A stretch of 64,000 nt of DNA. Source: Candidatus Aenigmatarchaeota archaeon. GTDB taxonomy: Archaea > Aenigmatarchaeota > Aenigmatarchaeia > CG10238-14 > SCSR01. A program made the position numbers and the translations under genes. Of this stretch, positions 19,502-28,930 are shown piece after piece. How positions within the stretch are numbered: position 1 is the first letter of the stretch; each line of letters opens with the position of its first letter. The stretch spans positions 76,993-140,992 of the forward strand of contig JAUWZS010000001.1 of assembly GCA_030615205.1 (NCBI GenBank). The letters run 5' to 3'. The notes under the pieces were generated by a model. That model was not told the origin of the DNA, did not search any database, and saw only the letters and a list, made by a program, of their open reading frames with translations.

Positions 19502-20122
19502 TCATTTCCAGAATTTTTTAATGACTTTACCTATAATAGTATTTTCTAGATTGCCTATGTAGCCTTTTCTTTCAAGGTATAGCACGATAATAAGGCCCAC
19601 TATAGCAACTGTAAAAAGAATCTCTATGCCAAAACCCAAAGAGCCTAGAATCCCACCAGCTATACTGCCTGCATAAGCCAAAACCAAGCAGCGTGGAATT
19701 GCGCCGATTACAGTTGCTATAAAATAATCACGAAATTTCATAGAGGTAACGCCACTCACATAGCTTATCAGATCGAAAGGGATTACTGGGACAAGTCTTG
19801 TGAAAAGTATTGCTTTTGCACCGTTTTTCGAGACCCATGCATCAACATTGTTTATCCATTTTTCACCAATCATTTTTATAACAATCGGCCTACCACCACG
19901 CCTCGCTATAAAAAATGCAATTACAGAGCCTATTATCAAACCAGTACCGCCGAAGATAAGAACGTCTGATATGTTCATGACTGCTCCTGCGAACATAAGT
20001 AACGCTTCTGACGGTATTGGAGCTATTATAGTCTGCAGCACCATAACAGCCGTTAGACCAAGTTTGCCATATGTTTCGAGCAAAGCAATCAGAGCAGTTT
20101 CAAACAATTTTCTCACACCCAA
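19502..20122 (-). CDS. TVP38/TMEM64 (DedA-like) family membrane protein
   Basis: 206 aa, multi-TM, 'RLVPVIPFDLISYVSGVTSM' motif. Confidence 0.75.
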   Translation of the reverse strand: MGVRKLFETALIALLETYGKLGLTAVMVLQTIIAPIPSEALLMFAGAVMNISDVLIFGGTGLIIGSVIAFFIARRGGRPIVIKMIGEKWINNVDAWVSKNGAKAILFTRLVPVIPFDLISYVSGVTSMKFRDYFIATVIGAIPRCLVLAYAGSIAGGILGSLGFGIEILFTVAIVGLIIVLYLERKGYIGNLENTIIGKVIKKFWK

Positions 20123-20161
20123 AGTTTAAATTTTATTTTTGAATTTTTAAAATTGCAGATA

Positions 20162-20283
20162 TAGCCCCGAGCGGATTCGAACCGCTGTCTTCGGGTTTCC
20201 TTCTTCTTTTCGTCATCTTGAAATCAGCGCTTTAGACGCATAAGTCCAAAGCCCGATATCCTTGACCACTAGACTACGGGGCT
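20162..20283 (-). tRNA. tRNA-Gln (anticodon UUG inferred) with about 49-nt intron at the canonical 37/38 position
   Basis: Reverse complement reads AGCCCCG...CGGGGCT-A acceptor, T-arm AGCGG-TTCGAAT-CCGCT, anticodon stem TCGGG/CCCGA and loop CTTTGG|intron|A. 122 nt total gives a 73-nt mature length. Confidence 0.7.
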
Positions 20284-20363
20284 ATTCCTATTCTCATATT
20301 TTTAATTTCTATAAAGATATCTTGAGCTTATATTAATTTAGAGTAGAAAAGATAAAACTAATT

Positions 20364-20870
20364 ATGGTTGGTATCGAACTAGGCAGCCAATTCGCAATAT
20401 GGGCGAACACTCTAGGTCTCTCAATGGGTTATTTAGGCATATTTATCATAAGTTTTATCAGCGCAGCAACAATAATTTTTCCAATACCTTCATTTATACT
20501 CGTTTTTACTCTTGGAGCAGTGATGAACCCATGGTTAGTTGGACTTACGGCTGGAATCGGCAATGCGCTCGGCGAACTGACTGGTTACGCATTGGGAAAA
20601 GGTGGGGGGAAAATCCTAGAAAAAAAGTACAGGAAAAAAACTGAAAAATACAGAAAATGGTTCAAAAAAGATAGAGTATTTCCTTTGATCATTTTGTTTG
20701 CTGCGACTCCGTTGCCAGATGATATTGTTGGTGTAATATGTGGGATGTTTAATTACGATTTAAAAAAGTTTATTGTAGCTTCGCTCATAGGCAAAATTGT
20801 AATGAATCTGGCACTTGCTTGGGGAGGTTATTACGGAATAAGATTTATTTTAAGTGTTTTTGGCGGATAA
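20364..20870 (+). CDS. DedA/SNARE-associated family membrane protein
   Basis: 168 aa, multi-TM. 'GNALGELTGYALGKGGGK' motif. Confidence 0.75.
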   Translation: MVGIELGSQFAIWANTLGLSMGYLGIFIISFISAATIIFPIPSFILVFTLGAVMNPWLVGLTAGIGNALGELTGYALGKGGGKILEKKYRKKTEKYRKWFKKDRVFPLIILFAATPLPDDIVGVICGMFNYDLKKFIVASLIGKIVMNLALAWGGYYGIRFILSVFGG

Positions 20871-21216
20871 AATGCCCTACAAACAAGTAATTGTTCTCAG
20901 AAAAGATTTGAAATTGGGATTTGGTAAAGCTGTTTCACAGGCGTGCCATGCTTCTCTAGGTGCTATGAAAAAAACTGATAGACGAATTGTTAAAAAGTGG
21001 GAGAGCGAAGGAGCAAAAAAAGTTATTCTGAAAATCAGTAGTTTGAGTAGCTTGAATGGCATTAGGAGAAAAGCAGTTTCTGCTAAGCTGTCACACTTTG
21101 TTGTCAGAGATGCTGGACTTACACAAATAAAGAAAGGGACTGTTACGTGCATCAGCATCGGACCGGCTGAAGAAAAGAAAATAGACAAAATAACAAAAAA
21201 TTTGAAATTACTTTAA
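20854..21216 (+). CDS. pth2: Peptidyl-tRNA hydrolase, archaeal type (Pth2)
   Basis: 120 aa. 'KQVIVLRKDLKLGFGKAVSQACHASLGA' and 'DAGLTQIKKGTVTCISIGP' match Pth2. Confidence 0.9.
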   Translation: MFLADKMPYKQVIVLRKDLKLGFGKAVSQACHASLGAMKKTDRRIVKKWESEGAKKVILKISSLSSLNGIRRKAVSAKLSHFVVRDAGLTQIKKGTVTCISIGPAEEKKIDKITKNLKLL

Positions 21217-21223
21217 CATTTAG

Positions 21224-21883
21224 TTAACACTTAATATGCTTTTCAAGATCTTCTGCTGGTGTTAGGCCTTGAAAGACATGTTCTTCATCGATTATTACCG
21301 CAGGGAATTTCATTATAGCATGCTGTCTTAAAACTAGATTAATAGATTCTAAATCAACATCAGCTGTAAGTGGTATCAACATCATACCTCTCCCACATCT
21401 TTCTTTAAGGTCGAGTAATATTGCAGATTGTAGTTCATTTTCTATCCCTTCTTCATTAGTCAAATCTTTTCTTTTGGATAGATGAACTACGTTAGAGTAA
21501 TCAAAATTACATTTCTCTTTCAATTCGATTGAGTTAAGCCAAAACTGAAATTGAAGCAAAACATACTTCCTCCACTCCTGCTCAACCTCGGGTGTAAAAG
21601 TTGTCGCTTCTATTTCTTTCTCAATCTCGCTGCCGTATCTATAAATTCTATCATTGTAAGCTAGATTCTCTTCAAAAGCAGATTCGCACTCATCCCCGCC
21701 CAATTTTCCTATGTAGATATTCAACAGTCTTGTATCTTCCCATATTATTTCGCTCTCGCCAAGTCCTTTTTTAATCTCACTTATTCTAACATTGTCTATC
21801 AACACACCAATCATTACTCCTATTAAAAAGATGAAAATTGTCAAAACAAGTGATCTAGTGTAAACATTCATTTCGTTAGCCAA
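21224..21883 (-). CDS. Hypothetical membrane-anchored protein with possible thioredoxin-like C-terminal region
   Basis: 219 aa. N-terminal TM, then a soluble domain. 'FPAVIIDEEHVFQGL' is weakly glutaredoxin-like. Start overlaps the upstream GT2 gene. Confidence 0.45.
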   Translation of the reverse strand: MANEMNVYTRSLVLTIFIFLIGVMIGVLIDNVRISEIKKGLGESEIIWEDTRLLNIYIGKLGGDECESAFEENLAYNDRIYRYGSEIEKEIEATTFTPEVEQEWRKYVLLQFQFWLNSIELKEKCNFDYSNVVHLSKRKDLTNEEGIENELQSAILLDLKERCGRGMMLIPLTADVDLESINLVLRQHAIMKFPAVIIDEEHVFQGLTPAEDLEKHIKC

Positions 21884-23097
21884 CCCCTTTCTCCTTTATA
21901 ATATTTATAAATCGCATGTAAATTAACAAATGAATAAAGTATTGGATATATAAAAAGAAATATTGGGATGTCATACCATTTAGCTCTCCACTTGTGCAAG
22001 CTGAATGAAATTTTTATTAAAGTTAGGGCAGTAAAAAATACAAGTAGCCCGAGAATTATTTTAAAGTCTATGTAATATGCGAATTCCAATCTCGAAAATG
22101 GGTCTAATCCAAATGAAAAAGACTTGAGTGAATATGCAAAAAAGTCAAATGCTCTCAATATAAGCAAATAAAGAAAAACGCCAATCCCTATTATCGATGA
22201 CGAGTAACCAATAAAGGAGGTCGGCACTAAAAAGCTGCCAACAGCATGATGCTTGCCGCCTATAGTTGATTTATACTTTGAAAACGTTTGAATCCCTCCA
22301 ATTGACCATCTAACCCTTTGTCTCCACCATCTCTTAAAGGAATTTGGATATAGGCTATAAACAAGCGCACCGAAAGCCATCTTAATCTTATATCCGCTCT
22401 TAAGTATCCTCCAAGCAATTTCAACATCCTCAATCAGATTTTTTTCATCAAACCCGCCTATTTTTTTCAGAACATCTTTTCTGTAAACACTCAATGGTCC
22501 TGGAGTAGCCCAAATTACATTTGCATATTCTTCTAATTTTCTTGTAACAGAAATTATCATAAGTTCAATGTTCTGCATTCTTTCCCAGAAACTCTTTTTT
22601 CTGCTGCATAAAATATGAGAAGTGACAGCAGCAACTTCATCGCTATCAAAATGTTTCATACACTCTTTTAAAGCATTTTTATCCAAAAAACTATCTGCGT
22701 CCATTACTGCAATAAACTCGTTTTTGGCTTTTTTAATCCCAAAGTTTAGAGCAGATGCTTTCCCGCCATTTTTCTTAGTGAAAAGTTTTAACCCTTTAAT
22801 TCTGAATTTCGTTATCGCCTTTTTTACTATATCGTAAGTTCTATCTGTGCTCCCGTCATCTACAACAATAATCTCAAGCTTATTTCGAGGGTAATTTATA
22901 TTTTTTATTTTTCTTAAAGTTTCCTCAATAATCTCTTCTTCGTTGTAAGCAGGTATTATCAAACTAATGGGAGGTATAATTTTAAGTTTCTTCTTCAGAA
23001 AGATTTTCCCCTTATTTTCAAACCAAAGGTTAATATGAAGCATTATGAAAAATGTTGCAAAAAACAACAATACCAGGTAAACTATGTCAAATATCAT
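21868..23097 (-). CDS. Glycosyltransferase family 2, processive type (cellulose/chitin-synthase-like)
   Basis: 409 aa. 'IIPAYNEEE...IVVDDGSTDRT', DAD motif, 'QRVRWSIGG' (QxxRW). C-terminal TM helices. Confidence 0.85.
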   Translation of the reverse strand: MIFDIVYLVLLFFATFFIMLHINLWFENKGKIFLKKKLKIIPPISLIIPAYNEEEIIEETLRKIKNINYPRNKLEIIVVDDGSTDRTYDIVKKAITKFRIKGLKLFTKKNGGKASALNFGIKKAKNEFIAVMDADSFLDKNALKECMKHFDSDEVAAVTSHILCSRKKSFWERMQNIELMIISVTRKLEEYANVIWATPGPLSVYRKDVLKKIGGFDEKNLIEDVEIAWRILKSGYKIKMAFGALVYSLYPNSFKRWWRQRVRWSIGGIQTFSKYKSTIGGKHHAVGSFLVPTSFIGYSSSIIGIGVFLYLLILRAFDFFAYSLKSFSFGLDPFSRLEFAYYIDFKIILGLLVFFTALTLIKISFSLHKWRAKWYDIPIFLFIYPILYSFVNLHAIYKYYKGERGWLTK

Positions 23098-23187
23098 TTT
23101 ATCAACTAAGATTAATATTCAGCTAAAGTATTAAAAAAGTTATTTTATTACCCACTTTTGACAAAATCTAGACTACAAGCTCAAAAA

Positions 23188-23766
23188 CTACTCAAGTTCA
23201 ATACCCAATACAATCATCAAGAACTTTATTGTCGCCAAATCTAATTCTTCATAAGTCTTTCCAGATATGTAGGTGACATGTCCTTCATTCCGGACAGCAG
23301 TTTCATTTGCATATATTGGGTGCACAAGAGCTATTATTGGATTTTGTATTTTACCAGGTAGGTGCGCATATTGCTCAACAGTTTCAACATTAAATGTTGG
23401 CACTTCGAACGTGCTCCCTTCTTCTGACCCGACTAAGCTCATATAAGCAAGTTTCATTTTGTACGTTATTTCAAAAGCCTCTATTGCATAATAACCATAT
23501 TCGCCTGCATCTTTGTAAGCAATTGTCACATTTTTGACTAATGGGTGCATTGTATCGAGGTAGACCTGTGTCTCGCCTGGATAAACAGGAACCTTATTCG
23601 CTTCGCGTAAGTCGGCACGAAAAGTAAGCACTAGTCCTTTATAATTCCAAGTATTTATCGGTTTTGGCACGAAAAATTCGTAATAAAAAAATGAGCTGAC
23701 TATAACCACTAAAACAACTATGAAGATTAAAATCTTTTTTGAAAGTTTAATTTTTATTTTGGCCAT
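23188..23766 (-). CDS. Hypothetical protein with N-terminal TM anchor
   Basis: 192 aa with a single N-terminal hydrophobic segment. No motif recognised. Confidence 0.45.
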   Translation of the reverse strand: MAKIKIKLSKKILIFIVVLVVIVSSFFYYEFFVPKPINTWNYKGLVLTFRADLREANKVPVYPGETQVYLDTMHPLVKNVTIAYKDAGEYGYYAIEAFEITYKMKLAYMSLVGSEEGSTFEVPTFNVETVEQYAHLPGKIQNPIIALVHPIYANETAVRNEGHVTYISGKTYEELDLATIKFLMIVLGIELE

Positions 23767-23915
23767 ATTAATCAGCCTTAATTTAGTTGGGCGTAACCAA
23801 ACGACTAATATATCTTATACCTTATAATGAACTCTCAAAATTAAATTGTTTTTGAATTTTGAAAAAAGAAAAAAAAGGAAAAAGTTGTCAAACTTTTCCT
23901 TCAGACTGCGTAAGT

Positions 23916-26276
23916 TTACACTGCAGTAACAGTCGGTGCTCCAACTGTACCAGTAACTTCGACTGACGAAGCTGTTATGCCTGCCAGTTTAGTATCGTAC
24001 AGTTGCAACGCAGATGCTGCTACGCGTGTATCCTCTGCACGTGTTCCTGCTACTACTAACACTACTTTGCCTGTTGCAAATCCGTCATCTATAGCGCTGA
24101 TGAGACCAAAGTCTCTTCCAGGCCATGAATCACATGTGTAGTCGAACAAGTCTGCATCGGCCAGTTCATCTACCAAATCGTTGACACATGGTCCACCGAC
24201 TAAGATGACGTGTTTTGCTGTTTTCAAAGCAGTCATCTCTGTGTCTAGCTTGGCTATTGCTGATGTTATCGGTATTGATGGATAGTCTGTGTATTCAACA
24301 GTACCTGCGGCTGTTGCTTCTCCAGTCAACTTACCAATGTAGGCCTTGACTTTCAAAGTCTGTGCTGGTACCTTCACCTTCACATCTTGTGCTGGTGAAT
24401 ATGAAGCTGGAGCTAATACTATGTTTCCACCGTCTGTCACAACATCCTGTGATGCTACTCCTATATCTACCTTCTGAGCTGTTCCGTCTAAGTCTGTTGA
24501 ATAGACTTGAACGTCCTTAGCTTCACCGGAAGTAGCAGAATACAACCTGAATGTTGGTGCAGCGGATGCACTCCACGTAGTTGTCTTGTTCACATAGTTA
24601 ATCATCACTGAGTTCGCGTTTCCATTGGCTCCACCTGTTGGACCAAGCGTAAAGTTCTGGAACAAGCTTGCTAGAGCGCCATTCACAGTAGTTGAGTTCC
24701 CGGGAGTCGTTATGTTTACGTACAGATACTGTCTGTCTCCTACAGCTGCTCCGTTACCGTAGCTTATAGTGAAGTTGAATTCGAAGCCATCGTCGACGGC
24801 GCTTGTGATCGGTTTATAGTACGTACCATCTGAAAGATCCACTGCTATTCTGCTGTTGACCGAGTCCCAGAATCCTACCATTACTGGGTAACTGCCATTA
24901 GCAAGAGTGTAGTTGAACAGAATATACGCTTTGTTATATCCGTTGGTTCCTTTCACTATGCTTCCAGCTATATCTGCTGATATCTCTATACCGTTCAGGT
25001 TTGAAGCTGCTATTGTTGAGTTAGTCGCTCCTGTCATGCCATCGTCCCAATAGGCACTCTTGCCAGATACATCACTAAAGGTTAGAGTAACGAATGTGTC
25101 GTAATTCCAACCTGAGTCTAGGAATCCAATCTCAGCGAAATCGTTTGGCAACGTTATCTTCGGATCGGAATCTGTCATTTTGATGTACTTTATAGACGTA
25201 GGCTTGTACACGACTTCTATTTTGTCGTTGACTGTTATGTTTCCAGCTGTATTTATAGTTGTCGCTTGTATGCACCATTCAGTCTCCCCTGGGAACCTGA
25301 AATCACTTGTACCAGTCCCAGATATATCACAAGTTGCTGGATAGATTTTTTCTACAGCGTTGATTTCACCGACAACTAAGTCGGCCCCAACGATAGTTCC
25401 ATCCTGCAACGCTCTTACAGCTGTTACTTTGATTGTCAAACTAGCGGCAGTTGAAGTTTTATCGCTGCCCTGATTGATTACCAAAGTGTCAACCGTGTTA
25501 TCAGCTGCATCCTTGACTATTACTCTTGCCCAACCATCATTGTTACCCAAATCTGAGTAGACAGAGTAATCTCCATATACAACTGGTGTGGTTGCTGTAG
25601 CTGTTCCAACTTCTCCTGTCAACATCTTTACTTGGTTCACTCCAAGACCAACGATTACGAAGGCCTTGTCAAGTAGTTCGATGTTAATTGGATATGTGTA
25701 TTCTGGATTAGTTAGGGTACCGTAAGTGGCTGTTTTCGATCCCAGATCTAATGCTTTCTTGAAGACATATTGATACCTTAGGACATTGGTCGGAATGACT
25801 AATGACTGAGTACCGTTTATGCCTGTTGTTCCAAAGTCGTGTGTAGTATATATTGACTCAGCGCTAAGAGATATCGCCTCGTAATAGTCGTAGCTGTTGC
25901 TAGCCCATGTAAACGTACTCGTTTCGAGTGCGCTATAGTGGAAGCCTCTTACTGCACTGGCAAAGGAGTCATTTAGATAACTTCTTTTTATGCCTATTGT
26001 GTTTTTCGTAACGCCATCTACTGTTACAGCTGTGCCTGGACATTCCTCGCTTACAGTGCTCTCGCCGACTTCTGCAAGTCTTGAAGCAAGATTAACTGCA
26101 CCGACAACGTCGTCAACCGCAGCATCTGAACCTATTACTACGTACGCGTCCAAAGTCCCGTCAGTTCCTGCTAGGAAACCTGGATAGTCTCCCAAAGCTG
26201 TAGCTGCTAGGACTGGACTTGCTATTGTTAGTAGTGTCATTAACGCAGTCATAAATCCTGCGATTAATTTTTTCAT
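23916..26276 (-). CDS. Large secreted S-layer-like/surface protein
   Basis: 786 aa. Signal peptide 'MKKLIAGFMTALMTLLTIASPVLAATA'. Thr/Ser/Gly/Asn-rich beta-type composition. Strong duplicated promoter element upstream. Confidence 0.6.
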   Translation of the reverse strand: MKKLIAGFMTALMTLLTIASPVLAATALGDYPGFLAGTDGTLDAYVVIGSDAAVDDVVGAVNLASRLAEVGESTVSEECPGTAVTVDGVTKNTIGIKRSYLNDSFASAVRGFHYSALETSTFTWASNSYDYYEAISLSAESIYTTHDFGTTGINGTQSLVIPTNVLRYQYVFKKALDLGSKTATYGTLTNPEYTYPINIELLDKAFVIVGLGVNQVKMLTGEVGTATATTPVVYGDYSVYSDLGNNDGWARVIVKDAADNTVDTLVINQGSDKTSTAASLTIKVTAVRALQDGTIVGADLVVGEINAVEKIYPATCDISGTGTSDFRFPGETEWCIQATTINTAGNITVNDKIEVVYKPTSIKYIKMTDSDPKITLPNDFAEIGFLDSGWNYDTFVTLTFSDVSGKSAYWDDGMTGATNSTIAASNLNGIEISADIAGSIVKGTNGYNKAYILFNYTLANGSYPVMVGFWDSVNSRIAVDLSDGTYYKPITSAVDDGFEFNFTISYGNGAAVGDRQYLYVNITTPGNSTTVNGALASLFQNFTLGPTGGANGNANSVMINYVNKTTTWSASAAPTFRLYSATSGEAKDVQVYSTDLDGTAQKVDIGVASQDVVTDGGNIVLAPASYSPAQDVKVKVPAQTLKVKAYIGKLTGEATAAGTVEYTDYPSIPITSAIAKLDTEMTALKTAKHVILVGGPCVNDLVDELADADLFDYTCDSWPGRDFGLISAIDDGFATGKVVLVVAGTRAEDTRVAASALQLYDTKLAGITASSVEVTGTVGAPTVTAV

Positions 26277-26278
26277 TT

Positions 26279-26312
26279 TATATTACCTTTTTTTTATATT
26301 ACCTTTTTTTCC
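26279..26312 (-). promoter_or_regulatory. Tandemly duplicated 16-17 nt promoter element (TATA-like plus purine-rich block) immediately upstream of the S-layer-like gene
   Basis: The + strand reads 'TTATATTACCTTTTTTTT' twice. On the - strand this is AAAAAAGGTAATATAA x2, ending 2 nt before the ATG. The upstream copy's TATA sits about 25 nt before the ATG, suggesting a leaderless or short-leader transcript. Confidence 0.4.
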
Positions 26313-26637
26313 TTTACCACAGCGAGATTTCGCCAACCGAGCATAAGCTCAGAAGTCGATAACCCACTGTGCTTGGGATTTTCTAAAATAAAATTCGTTT
26401 TACATGGTATATAAAAATTGAATGAAACGATTTACGAAGCCCTGAAACTGTTTCATCAAAGCCTTGTAAACACTATAATATAGCTTTCTAAAAGTCCTAA
26501 TAGTTTCTAAAAGTATTCTAAGCTTCTATTTTCAATAATAACGGGTTAAATAGCTCATAATCTCCTAAATTTTAGCTTTCTTTAAATCTCCTCTGAAACG
26601 ATAATTTACAACCGTCACTCACAGATTTCGAATAAAA

Positions 26638-27588
26638 TCAAATTTTTAATTTCTTTTTGACCAGCTTTAATCTGTTCGTCCTTCCTCTTCTTTCTACTTC
26701 CAAAAGCCCACGCTCTGCTAGGGTTTTGACAACACGACTAACTTTTGCTTTTGATAGATTTGTTAGTTGGACTACCCGCTTCTGCTTAACTTCACCCTCT
26801 CTTATTATTATATCTATCACTTTACGCTCGTATTCATCCAGCACTGAAAGGACCAGACTCTCCGATTTTCTTAGATAACGAACGAATATAAATCCTATGA
26901 CAACAGCAAAACTTGCGCCCAAAAGAATGAAATGTCTCATCCTAAGTTCAAACCAAGGAGGAGGTGTAACTTGTTCGTAAAGAACTTCAAACTTAAGCAG
27001 CTCTGCTGCTGGAATATTGTAAAGTTTCCATATTACAATTATAGTATCGCCTACGATATGTGCAGATGCACTTTTTGGATACGAAAGTACGCTAGAGCTT
27101 ATATCTTCGCCGACAAGGAGAGCGCCATGTGGAAGCTTAAGAGTTGCAGAAACATCTGCCACAGCTATATGCGGACTCAAATCTCCACTAAAATAGAATT
27201 TATCGTCAAGCGTTTTAACGAAGTCAGTTGTCGTAAAATTTATTTGCAATTCTTTTTTTGTTTCTGTAAGATTCATTTCGCAACTTATTGAACTCGTCCC
27301 GCTTATGTCAACTTTACAATCAACTGGACCAGCATTGCTCGTAGCCTCAAAATTCTCAATACGACCAATAACATTGAATGAAAAATATCTTTCCAGTTCT
27401 CTAAAAGTTAAAACAAGTTGAATATCGCTTTTGCCTTCTTCATCAAGTTCTATATCAATTTTGTAGAACTGTATATCTGAACTAGCAGAAACCAAAGTTG
27501 ATACGGATAGAAGAGTAATCGAGATAACCAAAATTAGTATCAAAAGATTGAATACTATTCCAATATCAGCTAATTTTCTGCTGCTCAC
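26638..27588 (-). CDS. Membrane-anchored putative transcriptional regulator with extracytoplasmic domain and C-terminal MarR-like wHTH
   Basis: 316 aa. N-terminal TM, about 190-aa non-cytoplasmic region and a second TM. C-terminal 'VVQLTNLSKAKVSRVVKTLAERGLLEVERRGRTNRL' is a wHTH. Confidence 0.55.
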   Translation of the reverse strand: MSSRKLADIGIVFNLLILILVISITLLSVSTLVSASSDIQFYKIDIELDEEGKSDIQLVLTFRELERYFSFNVIGRIENFEATSNAGPVDCKVDISGTSSISCEMNLTETKKELQINFTTTDFVKTLDDKFYFSGDLSPHIAVADVSATLKLPHGALLVGEDISSSVLSYPKSASAHIVGDTIIVIWKLYNIPAAELLKFEVLYEQVTPPPWFELRMRHFILLGASFAVVIGFIFVRYLRKSESLVLSVLDEYERKVIDIIIREGEVKQKRVVQLTNLSKAKVSRVVKTLAERGLLEVERRGRTNRLKLVKKKLKI

Positions 27589-27720
27589 GATTGATCAACC
27601 CACTAAATATAAAATGTGTATAATTAACTTTTATATTAACTTTTATTCTTATCGAAGACACTTGAGACGTATCGAAATAAACTAATGAGCTATTGCTATT
27701 TATTGTTTTTCTACTAAGGA

Positions 27721-28755
27721 TTAATGTTCGACTAAAATATCTATATTGGCACCGCAATATGGGCATCTATCCTTTACTAGATTTATTTTTTCTATTCTTG
27801 TCCCGAATCGTTTTATCAGCAGCTCTCTACAGTTGTAACAATATGTATTTTCATACTCGTGTCCAGGTATATTCCCTATATACACATACCGAAGCCCCAT
27901 CTTACTGGCCTCTGTCACACATTTTTCAAGGGTCGAGACTGGTGTTTTTGGCAGTTCCATAAGCTTATAGCTTGGATGGAATTGTATAATGTGGAAAGGT
28001 ATACTCGAACTTAAGTTTGTGTTTATGTGCTCAGCAAACTTTTTACAAAGCTCTATGTTATCTCCTATTTGCGGTATTATGAGGTTTGTTATTTCAAGGG
28101 ATATCCTCTGTTTCTTTATTCGCTTCAATGCAGCGTATATCGGTTTGACATCTGGGACAGACATGAATTTTTTATAGAACTCTGGATCTAACGATGCTTT
28201 TATGTCTACAACTGCTGCATCAAGATATTTCGATATTTTCTTAATCGCATCATCAGTTATATAACCGTTCGTAACAAAGACGTTCATTATATTGCTGCGC
28301 TTTGCGAGTTTAGCAGTTTTATACGCAAATTCGAAGAATATTGTAGGCTCTGTGTAAGTATAAGCTATGCTTTTACAGTTATTCTTCTCAGCCAATTTTA
28401 CTATATCTTCTGGGGTGTAGGTCTGGCCTTTAATCTCTCCCTGCTCATCTATGTTTTGGCTTATCTCCCAATTATCGCAAAACTGGCATCTGAAATTGCA
28501 TCCGGCCGCGGCTATGGAAAGAGACTTTGAGCCAGGATAAAAATGAAAAAAGGGCTTTTTCTCTATAGGATCCACATTAACAGCCACCAGCTTACCATAA
28601 TTTAGTGTATAAAGAATATTGTCTTTATTAATCCGAACGCGACAGAATCCTCTTTTACCCTTTGCGATGAAGCAATGCCTAGCACAAAGATTACATCTTA
28701 CACCATTTCTTTCCTTAGCCCACAACATAGCTTCTTGCAGCTTTTCTTTAACCAT
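27721..28755 (-). CDS. AmmeMemoRadiSam system radical SAM enzyme (PflA-like activase family)
   Basis: 344 aa. 'CNLCARHC' and 'GCNFRCQFCDNWEISQ' motifs characteristic of this family. Confidence 0.8.
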   Translation of the reverse strand: MVKEKLQEAMLWAKERNGVRCNLCARHCFIAKGKRGFCRVRINKDNILYTLNYGKLVAVNVDPIEKKPFFHFYPGSKSLSIAAAGCNFRCQFCDNWEISQNIDEQGEIKGQTYTPEDIVKLAEKNNCKSIAYTYTEPTIFFEFAYKTAKLAKRSNIMNVFVTNGYITDDAIKKISKYLDAAVVDIKASLDPEFYKKFMSVPDVKPIYAALKRIKKQRISLEITNLIIPQIGDNIELCKKFAEHINTNLSSSIPFHIIQFHPSYKLMELPKTPVSTLEKCVTEASKMGLRYVYIGNIPGHEYENTYCYNCRELLIKRFGTRIEKINLVKDRCPYCGANIDILVEH

Positions 28756-28807
28756 TATGAATCGCCTGAAAGCTCGACCTAGTTACCTGTTTAATCGCCA
28801 GACAGAA

Positions 28808-28870
28808 CTAAGTATTAGCTAAGTACTAGCTAAGAATCAACAAACCGTCATACAGAGTACCGTCATACAG
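28808..28870. repeat. Two sets of short tandem direct repeats in the divergent promoter region between the radical SAM gene and tRNA-Thr
   Basis: CTAAGTA(T/C)TAG x2 plus a degenerate third copy at 28808-28840. ACCGTCATACAG x2 at 28844-28870. Confidence 0.45.
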
Positions 28871-28930
28871 GCAAACCACCAACAAAGTTAAATATTATAT
28901 TGGCTCTTCATAGTAATATAGATTAACTAC

